Source of the DNA: Nageia nagi
Taxonomy: Eukaryota; Plantae; Pinophyta
Length of the DNA: 64,000 bases
Assembly (NCBI GenBank): GCA_050084985.1
Contig: JBITNC010000002.1
Span: forward strand, 6,138,001-6,202,000
Direction: 5' to 3'
Below the pieces are notes generated by a model. That model saw only the letters and a list, made by a program, of their open reading frames with translations, made no database searches and was not told the DNA's origin. A program made the position numbers and the translations under genes. Numbering within the stretch: the first letter of the stretch is position 1; every line of letters starts with the position of its first letter. Of the stretch, positions 25,348-37,717 are shown piece after piece.

Positions 25348-28300
25348 TGGGAGATTTATTTGCATCAAAGCACATCCTTAATGGTTTTAATCATGGAATT
25401 TGGGAACCAAAGATGAAAGTAGAGCTTTAGGAACACAAGCTTTGGCAAACCATAAATGAAGATCAAGTTTCTCCTACAAAAGCAAAGGGTTTAAATTCCT
25501 ATAACAACAAGAATGAGTTAGCAAATTCTATGATTTTTTGAGTAGTTTTAGATGAAGTCCTTCTCATGATCTCAATTTCAACCTCTAGAAAAGAAGCTTG
25601 GGATTGGCTTAAGAAAATTTATCTTGGTACAAAATTTTCTAAAAGGTTCACCATCCTCCAAAATCTCTTGTAGACTCGTCAAGGGGAGGATGAGAGTGTG
25701 GTAATTTACTTCAGTAAGATTATTGATCTAAGGACTCAACTTATGGGTTGTGATTGTAATTGGGTCAATGATGAATTTATGGTGTTCATCATCCTCCAAA
25801 TCCTTTTAACCAAGTTTATTCACTTTGTGATTATTATTGAGATAAGGCTTAATGATTAAGAGGAAGCCTTCTCCTTATAGAATCTATCTAGGCTCCTCTT
25901 AAAATATGGAGAAACTCTCAATAAGAAAGGAGTGATGTCTCCCACACCAAAATATCACAACATTGCTCTAGGAGCAACCAAGTCTCACTTCAAGAAGAAG
26001 TTCAAAAATCACAAGAAGACTTCTCATGCTTTTCTTAAAAGGAATGCAAAGAAAAATGATAATAAATATCATGAAGGAAAAAGCAAGTCAAACAATTCAA
26101 TTGCTAGGGCCAAATTTGTTGGGAATTGTAACTTTTATGGTATCTCTAGCCATAAAGAAAGCTCTTTCTTTAAGAAGAATAAAGAGGAAAATGAAAAAGG
26201 AAAAGAGAAGGTAAACCACTTCAAAGGTAAGAAACATAATAAAAGTGCTTATGCTTGTGGTATTTAATCCATGTATCATGCACCTACAAATGATTGGATA
26301 ATTGATTCAGGTTGCACTAATCACATGTGCTTTGAAAAAGATAAATCTTAAAATTTTCATAAACATAGAAATGATGTAGTTATGATTGGTGAAAACTTGA
26401 TGCTTGAAATACATGGGATAGGAAGCATTTTGATGTATGACAAAGTAATTGAAAATGTGCTCTATGTTCCTAAGTAAATAATGAATCTTATATCAATCAT
26501 TCAAGTGGAAATAAAATGGTATTCCTTTGATTTTAACTCAAAATCATGGAGCATAAGGAAAAGATTTACCACTTTGATAAAATGTTCTATTAAAAATGAC
26601 CTCTACATAATTGATGAAGTGCCTTCAAAAATATAGCTAGCTACAAATATTTGTTCTAAGGGTAATATTTAGCATAAAATATTAGGCCACATCAACCATA
26701 CAAGCATTCAACTCATGAAGAGTCAAAATCCTATTAAAGGATTGCATTCAATCTCACCTACAATTAGCCTTTTTGAAAGTTGCATCTTAGGGAAAATGAA
26801 AAGGCAAAAATTTGAGAAGGATAAAACAAGAAGGGAAACTCAAATTTTACAATTGATTCATTCAAATTTAATGGTCCCATTTCAATCTAAGTCATTTTGA
26901 GGAGCATATTATGTCCTTACATTCATAGATGACTTTAGCAAGATGATCTTTGGTTATCTACATGAACACAAAGATCAAACTTTTAAGATGTTCAAAGAGT
27001 TTAAGACCTTAGTTGAAAATCAAATCAACCTAAGAATTAAGATGTTAAAGTCAGATAATTAGGGTGAATATATTAGCAATGAGTTCAATGATTTTTTTGT
27101 AAGATATGGAATCAAAACTTAATTCATAATCCTTTACACCCCAAAATAGAATGATGTTACAAAAAGAAAGAATGGAACCATTATCAAAATTGCTAGATGC
27201 ATGTTGAGAAATCTTCCTAAGTTTTTATAGGGTTAACCTATGAGTAATGTTATCTACATCTTGAATAGGTGTCCCACAAAGACAATTGAAGGTAAAACTA
27301 CATATGAGGCATGGGCATGAAATAAACCTAATATTTCACATTTAAGGGTCTTTGGTTGTGAAGCTTTTTCCTACATAGTTTTTGAGAAAAGAAAGAAATA
27401 AATCAAAGAAGTACATATTTTTTAGTTATGATAGTGAACATCGAGGCTATAGGCTCTACTCTCCTTATTCAAAAGTATTATTTATTTCTAGGGATGTCAA
27501 ATTCAATAAAGAACCTAATGATCCCTCTTCAAGTCAAGAACTTAAAGATTCATATCAAGAAAGGCATAAGTGGTTGTACCTCACTTTAGATAAGTCACCT
27601 TAAGAGAAAAAGATTCCATCTCAATGAATCACTAGAAGTATAACCTTGAGTAACTCTCTTCTCTTCAAAATTGAAGACCATAATGAACCTTCAAACTTTA
27701 AGGAGGCTTCTAAACATTCTTGTTGGATGGATGCAATGAAATTGGAATTTGAGGCTCTTATGAAAAAAAGGAACTTGGGACTTGTTTTTATATCCCACTA
27801 CAAGGAATGTGATTGGAAATAAATGGGTTTACAAGATTAAGTATAACTTAGATAGTGCAATTGAGAAACATAAGGCAAGGTTGGTAGTTAAGGGTTTTGA
27901 TTAGAAATATGGATTTCATTATGAAGAAACCTTTTCTCCTATTGCAAAGATGGTTATAGTCAGATTGATCCTTGCTCTTTTAGCATCTCAAAGTTGGAAG
28001 ATATTCCAACTTTATGTGAAAAATGCTTTTCTCAATGGTGAATTATATGTTGAGGTCTACATGATTCAACTTGAAGGGTTTATTGTGAAAGGTAAAGAGT
28101 CCCATGTGTATAAGCTAAAGAAGTCTTTATATGGACTTAATCAAGTACCAAGAGCTTGATATAAAAAATATTTTAGGATATTTTGAGACTATAAAATTCT
28201 CCAAATACTACTAAGATTCAGCTCTCTATGTGCTCAACAAATGAAAATAATCGATCTTGATTCTTCTTTATGTGGATGATCTTTTGATTATAGGGAATAA

Positions 28301-29899
28301 TATGATAATCATCAATGAGTGCATCACCAAACTTATGGTAGAATATGAAATGGATGACCTTGATATCTTGGACTACTACCTTGGTAAGTGTATCAATGTA
28401 AGGATTGTACCTACCTTAGTCAATCCAAATACATAGTTGATATTTTACAAAAGTTTGTAATGTATGAGTGTAAGCCTATGACTATCCCAATATCTCCTTG
28501 AATCAAGCTTGAGACCAAATCTACCTCTTAGTTGGTAGATGCTACAACATATAGGTAACTTATTAATAATCTTCTTTATTTGACTATCTCCATGGTAAAT
28601 ATTTCCTATCCATTAAATCTAATGGCAAGGTTTATGCAAAAATTACATCTTGAGCATCTTAATACTGCTAAGAAGATCTTATGGTATATTGCATGCACTA
28701 AAGATCTTTCCCTCAAATTTACCAAGTTGCATTCCTTTGTTCTTTCAAGGTTCTCATATTCTAACTATGGGATTGACTGAGATGACATAAAATCTACTTC
28801 TATTTATGTATTTAACATTGGTTCAGGTGTTATCTCTCGAAATTATCCTATAATTATCCTATCTATCATAGAGGTAGAATATCGAGCTATGATAGTTACA
28901 GCCCAAGAAGCTATTTGGATAAGACATATTCTAAATAAATTAGATTTGAATAGTTTGGTCCATCTTATATTTCTTCAGATAATTAGTCAACTATTTCTTT
29001 GACAAAGAACCATGTCAAGCATATTTTCACTAGGGTGAAAGTTCTAGATGGTACTTTGTAACTGCAATATTGTCCATCAAATAAAAAATTCACTAATTTT
29101 TTCACCAAACCCCTTTCTAAAGCTTAATTTTGCAAGCTTAAGGGGTCTCTTAGATTGGTGAAGTTTCCCTTAAGGTGGAGTGAAGGTTGAATTCTTGTTA
29201 AATTCATGTTTGTGATGAAAAATTCACCCCTATGAGGCCTTGTTTTGGTTGTATAGTGTAGATATTTGTGTGTGCACTATTATACTTAGTTCTTCATGTG
29301 TGAGAAACTCTATTGAGTTATCCATAAGTGAGAGACTTGTTTAGAGCATATGATATTATGGGAAATGTTTAGTTATCATATGCAAAGAATTAGTAAGTGC
29401 ATATTTCATATGTTCTATTCTTTGATGTTCATCAACACATATTTTATTTATACAACAAGTGACTATATGTTTTTCTTAGCATCTTTTGATGAATTATAGT
29501 GCACCATTTGATCATTTTATGGATGAAATTACTTATATTATGTTGATATTAATGTATATATGATGCATGTAAATGATCTTATTATGAGTTGCTTGTAGCT
29601 TGCAAAATTCTTCTAAAGATTGTAGGTTACTTACTTTAGGTATTCAAGCTCATGGAGGCTCATCATGTCAATATATTGTTGAATGAATACTACTTGTACA
29701 TTGAAACCATTTATGGTCTATGATTATTGTATTGTAAATCATTTTTTCAAATGGTTATTGTAATTGAGCCTTGTCTAGACTTTATTTCTTCTCAAGATAT
29801 CAAGTTCTCATATCCAATTGTATTTCTTATGGAGGAGAACTCTCTTACACTCTCTTTATATCTTCTTTTCTCTCTACCCCAATATTTCATTAAGGAGAG
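25348..29899 (+). mobile_element. Degenerate Ty1/Copia element (gag-PROT-INT-RT-RH plus 3' region); 5' LTR/PBS not found
   Basis: Degenerate Zn knuckle CNFYGISSHK, protease WIIDSGCTNHMC (~26296), integrase LQLIHSNLMVP and FIDDFS, RT YKLKKSLYGL and LYVDD, RH FFTKPL ~29100; purine tract AAGGAGAG then TGTTAG at 29900. Confidence 0.9.
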
Positions 29900-30449
29900 T
29901 GTTAGAATAAATAATGCACTATTGTATAGATTATTATTTATATGGTATCTAAAGAATAATATTTCTTCTCTTTAGGTTACTCTCTAAATAATGCACTTAA
30001 ATACTTAAAAGTATATTCAGATACCTTTTAAGAATTTGGTGAATAAAAAATAGAGAGATAGTTATACACTCAACGTCATAGGCATGTCATGGGCATGAGG
30101 ATACATTCAAATAAGTTCATCAAAAAATGAGGATACACTTTAACAAAGGTTTTATGGATACATTCAAATAAGTTCTTCAAAAAGTGAAATCACTTCCTCC
30201 CTAACCTCATGTATCATAAAACTAGGGAATGGATCCCTTAGGAAAAAAATCGATTTGATTTCAATCTTGAAAATATGGATAAGTAATCTTTTAAGGAGCT
30301 AAAAGAATATTTCACCTCTCACCTATGCCTAAAGGTAGGTATGATTTCATATAAACCCTAGTGGAAGAATTAGAAATTGTATTGTAACATATTGGTTTGT
30401 TGTTATAAGCCTAACATTGGTTATTTGTGATTCTCTCCTCATCTCTCAA

Positions 30450-30700
30450 TTGTGGATACTCTCAATAAGCGTTGGTATCTCCAGTCACCAAAGCATGATT
30501 GGGATTTACATTTTCAACCTATTTTGGCCACCTATGTTGAGCATAAATAAGAAAATTTTACATGGAGAATTTTATTTTAAGTTTTCCAATAGGCACCTAG
30601 ATTAAATACTTGGGATTTTCCAATATCCTCTACTTGCAATACCATCTCCTAAAAGACTTTATACATAGCTTTTAGCCATATGAAAAACCTTAGGATACAT
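30450..30700 (+). mobile_element. L1 LINE ORF2 C-terminal (zf-RVT-like) remnant
   Basis: DTLNKRWYL...DW...HK*ENFTWRIL...PIGT*IKYLG resembles the K..F.WR....LP.G motif; heavily degenerate. Confidence 0.4.
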
Positions 30701-33700
30701 GACTTTGGATTCATTCCTTTTTTTCCTCTATCCTTCACTCATAGTTCACATGGTAGAAAATTATTTCAAAAGATCACATTCCTATATCCACTTGATACCT
30801 TGAAGTCTAGCATTTTTTCAAAGTGGGGATACTAAACTTGATATGGAAATATAGAAATAATATTATTTTCTCACATGTTATTCCTAAGAAATTTTGATAT
30901 GTTTATATAGTATGGGTTGTATTTGATACACTACTACATATTTAAGTGCAAACATAGAAGGTGTTTATGGTGGTCATCCATCTTGAATCGCTCATGGATC
31001 ATTGGGGCAATGCACCACACACCATTAGTTGAATTCCTTCAAAGGTAGACTATTCCCCCATCCATTCGGAATATAATTAAGTATACAATTAAGAGCTTGC
31101 ATAATAATGATATATCCATCATCTTGCCACCCATATCCCTTCCATTAATAGAATCCTTATTTCAATCCAAAAAAGGTACCCCATGATCCAAATAAGGTAT
31201 CCCATCTCTCCAACCCAAACTTTGATAAGGATTAACATTGCACGGCTTGTCACTTCTGACATCATGAATCCAACTATGGGTTCAAATGATATTTAGAACA
31301 CTCTCATTATCATAATTGGCTTGATAATTAAGGAAGAGGACGAAATGGTGTCTAATCTCAAAGGGATAACTATGCCTACATTGCTTATTATTGATAAGGG
31401 GTAGATGCTACCAACTTCCATTTCAATGCATTGATGTGGTTCATTAATCATTTTCTACATATTTTAATGATCCCTTGAAGGGTAGGACTAATTGAACATT
31501 TTTTAAACTTGTTATAATGTTTTATTTGTTATTTTGCAAAGGTTATAATGCATTTTTATAAGCAATATTTGGATTGCCTAGTTAAATGTACTTCACAAGC
31601 ATAAAATTAAAAACAAAATTTGAAATCTAATCATTTGAAGAGGCAAGTGGGTCTTAAAACTCTCAAGTTGGAAAAGGGTATCCCAAGTTTAAATCTCTTT
31701 CTCTTCACATATAATAGATATGCTAAATCTATTCTATGATTTGAGCTGATAGAGATGTGACAAAAATATAAAAACCCACACTAAATCTATTTTCTTTCAT
31801 TCCAAAGAAAGGATAATTTCAAACAAAACTTTTCCACCCAAATTAGTGTTATCAAGTTACAAAGAGTTGGGGCCACTCCATGACAACAAATTTCCATTTC
31901 TTTCCTATGGAGAAAATTATCTGAAATAACCAACTTGGCATAGACAATCATTCCAAAAAATATGAACAAATGATGATGCTCCTTCTTTTCCCTCCATCAC
32001 ATGATTCATTGACAAGCCACCAATCAACGTTCACAATACTGATATAAGGAGGATGGAAGGAAACTAGTCTATGTGGTCTTATCTAGGGTTGGTTTGTCTT
32101 ACAAGGGTCGAATTCATATTCATGTTTGACTTTATCCAAGCCATGAATACCCTTTACAGCATGGTTGTTCCCTTCATCACCAAGGTACAAAACTAAACCT
32201 ATTTAAAATACTTAGAAACAAAAACTATATTAGTGTGTAGCTTGCAACTCTTTTCTCTTTCATAGCAATATGTAATATCTGCGCAAAGTGTGCCATTCTT
32301 TTAGAATAGAAAAACTAATCTACATTCGTATGATTGAGTATAACAAAAGAAGAAGTCACATCAAAATTCATAATTGGAAGATGATTTTTTTTTAGACAAT
32401 TATAAAATAATCTTCTTAATTTTTAACCTTTTTTATCAATGAGTCTGTGAGTCCTACCTAAGTCTTACAATTGTATCAATTACTTCCTTCCATTTCATTG
32501 TTTAGGAAGTGGTGATCATCAGAGAGTATGTATACAAATCTCAAGAACTTCCTTCTCTAGCTATTATCCTAAAGTTTATATAAGAACCCCTGGCATAAAA
32601 GGGATTTGTATTGATAAAAATTTATATTTTTTAATTGGAAATATTCAATTGAAACATAAAAAAAGTGGAAACTTAGGATGAATTCCTTTGCAATTATTTT
32701 AATAAGTAACAATGATTAGTGATATTGTAATTTTTGAGAAAGTTAAGCATATGTAATTTTAATTTTTTCTTATTGTGGACATTAAGACAATCTAAGAAAA
32801 AAAATGAATTTATTATTCGTATAAGAAGTGATACATGAATATATTTATAATGCATCTAATGTAAAAGTATTAAGATACAATAAGCATTTTTCAATATTAA
32901 TTTTCATGGAGCTCCCAAATAGTTTTTGGCTTTTCATAGATTAAAACATGTCATTAACATATAAAAGTATTCAAGAATACTCTATATTATTTTCTTTTTA
33001 TTGAAATTAACATATGAATCTCTTTTATGAGAGGTAGCAACAACATATTTTAAAAAAATACTTCATAATTATTTGAGCATTTCTCCTAGAACCATTTAGT
33101 GTCACATATAGAATAATAGATGGGTAAAAAATTAGCTAGAAGTGAAAAACTCCATGGGGCTTACTGAGTAAGACCACATAAGTGCTGGTAAGGATATTAT
33201 AGATTATATAGATGATTCAAATAAAAAGTGTATCATGTTATATATGGTTGGAAATATGTTGAAACCCTCTATCCAACACAAAAATAATCACATCAAAAGA
33301 CAATCTAAAAAAATTAGTATATCCTCGAGAAGAAAATTGATCCTAAAATGGGCAATTTGAGATAACCATGAAAATGTCCAAATCTATTGCACAAAATGAA
33401 ATAAAAAGTGCCCACCTATTTAAAATTCCACCAACTATCTAAATGTCACCTTATAATAGCTTTATAATACTTATGCAAATATGTTTTCATATAAACATGC
33501 CTAGGAATAGAAGAACACCACACAACCACAAAAAGGGTTGTAGAGAAAAGTTTGTGTTATTTTCTATTGCAAAAGGAATATAAGAATAATACAATATTGT
33601 TACAATATAATGGTACCTCATCCCTATACATATCTATAGCAAATATATTTATTGTTTGACACTCCAAAAAGTATGATGGAAGAACAAAATGTGCTCAAGA

Positions 33701-33849
33701 AATTAGGAGAAAACATAAATGGATGTTTAGTACTTTTGACATAATGTATGGATGTCCATGTCTCTATATGTAAGATACCACCCCATCTCATCCCAAAAAC
33801 CACACTATTTTTTTTTTTTGAAAGATCATACCAACTTCAAAGCGACCGC

Positions 33850-33861
33850 GCTTTGATACAA
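33850..33861 (-). promoter_or_regulatory. Degenerate tRNA-iMet primer-binding site of the caulimovirid
   Basis: TTGTATCAAAGC versus canonical TGGTATCAGAGC (2 mismatches), ~150 nt downstream of the TATA box. Confidence 0.6.
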
Positions 33862-33990
33862 AAAGACAACGAACTCTAAAGCTATAAACTTACTAAGCTT
33901 ATTTACAGCGTACCAATAAATCCTCAAGGGATATTATGGGGCTTTATATCCAAGCTCCTAGACTAGACTCACACAACTATCGATTGATTA

Positions 33991-34020
33991 CAAATGAGCC
34001 GGGCTTCCTTATTTATAAGT
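33991..34020 (-). promoter_or_regulatory. Viral pregenomic-RNA core promoter (TATA box)
   Basis: Minus strand CTTATAAATAAGGAAGCCCGGCTCATTTG resembles CaMV 35S TATATAAGGAAGTTCATTTCATTTG; lies between the ORF end and the PBS. Confidence 0.65.
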
Positions 34021-34313
34021 CTCATAGTGTAGATCAATGGTTTACAATAGGCGGTGGCAGATCTCAATCTAAACCATCCAAGCAACACCATATTAGTAAC
34101 AGTAACTAGAATAGACATAAAGTTATTCCAACGCAACTAAGATGGAATATTACAAAGACACGTATCATCCCACTAACATCCCTAGTGGGTATAGGAATAA
34201 AGGCTATCTCCACTTACAACCCAAGTGGATAGGTGAGCTGTCACGGGCTTACCCGATGGAATATAACCGAATCCCATTATCGACCAATATTTTTATAGTG
34301 GTTTATGGGCCCA

Positions 34314-37300
34314 CTACAGTCTTTCGCTAAAGTCATACCATTTGGTTTGTATTTCTTGAGAGAGCATCATAGTCCTTGATCCATCAGCTAGCTGTTGCTC
34401 CTCAAAGATCCAACGCCATCGTAAGAGCCAGGTGGCATGTTCATCTATCAGTTCTTCAAAGAATTCATGCAAGAGTAAATCATGGTATCTTGCAGGACAT
34501 TGTTCAACTGTAAGGCCAAACTACAAAAACCACATATAAAACTAGTCTGGAATTTCTTCTGACTGTTCTCTTAGTCTCGTACCAAAACCAATAAAATAAG
34601 AATGAGTTAACAAACGGTTTGGATATCCTAGCAAAGAATAAAAGTGGCCTTTATATTGTTCATACGTTAATTTAAATCCTGAAAGATATACTTCCTGAAA
34701 AGGATCTTGACTAGGCCATTGATGGATGCCACGAATTCTGTTTATAAATACATTGGACCTGATGATAAAAGGCTGACCTTCATTGTCTCCCCAAATGTGA
34801 TGACAATACACATCATCGAGATAACAAAGTAGAGCTCTGGAACCACAAGAGTGATCTACCACTCTAGTATGAACTGGAACGGTAGCTGGAATATTAATGA
34901 TTTCTCCACTAGGCATAGGAATACCAATTCTCCGTTCAATGAATAACTCATGTGTATACCATTCCATAGTATTTCTGGGATCCACATTATGAAGTTCAGG
35001 AATGGTAGAAATAACTGTCCATTGAGCTTGCCATGGTTGGACCATATTTACATGATACTCCCTTGTTAGGAAATCTGCTACACAATTTTTCTTTCCTGGG
35101 AGATGTTCAAACTGAATATCAAAGTTATCGAACCATAAACTCCATCTGAGGAGTTTGTTACTTTCAGAAGCTTTTTCAAACTTCTTTGATAAAAAGATTT
35201 TAAAGTTATTTAAGTCAAATCTTAAAATGAATTCCTACGACTGTACAAAAAATTGGAATGCTTTGATAGCATTCATAGCTGCCAATATTTCTTTATGCGG
35301 TGATGCATAATTAAGTTGAGTTCTAGAAAAAGAACCAGATGCATACCTACATATTTTTTCACTAGTTGCTATGATTTCTTTAAGGATAGCTCCCCAATGT
35401 TTGTCACTTGCATCTATTTTAATTACCTTCTTTTCGAAACCAGGTAATGACATTTCTGGAAGATCTTGACACTTCTTCTTAATCCTTTGAACAGCTAGTG
35501 TCATTTCTTCGTTCCACTTTGGGGGATTCTTTTTTAATCTTTTATTCAATAGCAATCTATCTGTAGCTACTGATTGATAATAACCAGCAATATAATTCAC
35601 ACATCCTAAAAATCTCTGCAACTGATTCAGATCTAATATTTGTTCTAGAAAATTCTGAATCTGTTTAAAGATGTGATCCTGTAACTTAACCTATCCACTG
35701 GTTATCTATAAACCTAAAAATCAATAGACTCTTTATAGAATATACATTTCTTGGTCGAAAGAACCAAGCCATTTTTAAAGCACAAATCATAGAATTCTTC
35801 TAAATGCTTGATGTGCTGTTTCACATCCTTACTGAAAACAAGGATGTCATCAATATAAACACAAATGAATGAACTGCAAGCTCCAAATATAGAATCCATC
35901 AGTTTTTGGAAAATAGAGGGTGCAATTTTAAGGCCAAATAGGAGTACCTTCCACTGATACTGACCTCCTTGAACAACAAATGAGGTCTTTGGCCGATCTT
36001 CAGGTTTTACTTGAATTTGCCAAAATCCTGACTTCAAGTCGAACTTTGAAAACACACTAACAGATTCAAGTCTTCTCAGTATTTCATCCTTGGTAGGGAT
36101 AGGATGTTGAATAGGAACTACATACTGGTTCAATGGTTTGTAGTTTATAACCAGTCTCTTCTTTTCTCTGACCTATTTTGAGCATTTGTTAACATAAAAT
36201 GCTGCACAAGCCCAAGGTGAATCTGAGGGTTCAATAAGATCCTTTTTTAAGAGATCAGAGATCTCTTCTTCACATTCTTGTCTGAGTGTGGGGTTGAACC
36301 CAATATGGTGTGCCTTAAAGAAGGGTTCCACTATTTTGCCATTTTTCTCAATAAGCTTTAGCTTAATTTCACACTCATGAATTTTTCTAGCTCTGTATGC
36401 AGTAGGGTCTTCAGAGCATAAATTCTTCTGTATTTTTTCTATGATCTCATTGAGATTAGATTGATTCATCCTAATCTCCTTGGGAATCCAATCCACTTTC
36501 TTTAATTTTCTTTTAGCTGACTGAAGTGGAATAACTGAGTCATAGAAGCTTTTCAAAACAAATTTCTGACCTTTTAAGATAATATGATTATCTTCTGTTA
36601 TGCTAAAAGGTCACAGTTTAAGCAGGCTATCATAACCAATCATTAAATCGTAGCTCTACATTTCATGCTGAATAAGTTTAAACTGAATGATATGCTTACC
36701 AAAAATAAAAGGTACCTCTGTAGAGAACATGGAGGTGATTCTTTCAGAGTTGAAAGTAAGGCTGACTCTATCCTCTATCCATAAGTCCTCAGGGATAGCA
36801 TTCCTTCTAGCCAAACTACATTCTCCACCTGTATCAATCAAGGCATCTAAAGAGTAAGCTTTATAGCCAGACAACTTGATAGTCATTGTGCAAATGGGAG
36901 AATATGAGTGTTTGACAAGATTAACACTCATGTCAGGTAAACTCTGATATGCAGGGTCATGCTCAAGTTCAGTTTCATACTGAACAGCTTCTGTGAAAGC
37001 TTCTTCTTCTTTTAGGAGCTCTTCAAGCTCACTTGTAGCTTTTGCTATGAACTTTTGAAGCTTTGTAATTCTTTCTACTCTCCATTCTGCCCTTTCCTTG
37101 TAATTTTGTTTTCTAGGGACATCAAGTACATGCCTTTCTTTAGCAGGAGACTTTAATGGAGGTTCTTCTGCAAAATGGACTTCTTTCCCAGATGTTTCTA
37201 AATCTGTATGTACAACATCTATTAGTTTCAATAATCCTTTTTGCCTTAAACAAATATCACATGTACAATGTTTAGAATGTCCTGTTGTATCCCTAGAAGC

Positions 37301-37717
37301 TTTGGGCCTAAATCTATCATTAAACTGAGTGGCGGACATAAACTGTAACTGAGGCATTTTTACAAAACTTTCTCCTTCACCAGGTTTTTGTAGAGCACTC
37401 TAAGACTGATACTGAGTAGTATAATACTGGTCTTGGAGAGAACCAAGCAAATTCTCTAGATGAGTTTTCTTAGCCAGATCATAAAATGGAGTTTTGAACA
37501 ACTGCTCCTGGGCTTCTTGAATTTGCTGGGACAGATCTAGTAAAGAGGGTTTGCCATAACTGCTATTATGACTGTACATTTTGATTTGAAAATCTATGTC
37601 AGAATCTACATCTGACTCTGTACTACTAGAAGCTGAGGAAGAATCCTGTACATGCATATTTATAGGGATTTCTGAATCATATTCAATATCAGAACTGAAA
37701 CCTTCAGAATCTGATAT
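34314..37717 (-). pseudogene. Caulimovirid polyprotein (acidic/coiled-coil region, AP, RT, RNase H, C-terminal extension) with nonsense mutations and one frameshift
   Basis: ORFs starting 37657, 37357, 36556 and 36133 share one frame. After a 1-nt frameshift at ~35715, ORFs 35621 and 35045 share a frame. Most interruptions are TAG codons compatible with CAG. Confidence 0.9.

Noticed and set aside
34142-34330. Plus-strand 62-aa ORF in the viral intergenic region
   Set aside because: Antisense to the virus, overlaps regulatory repeats, and has no motif.
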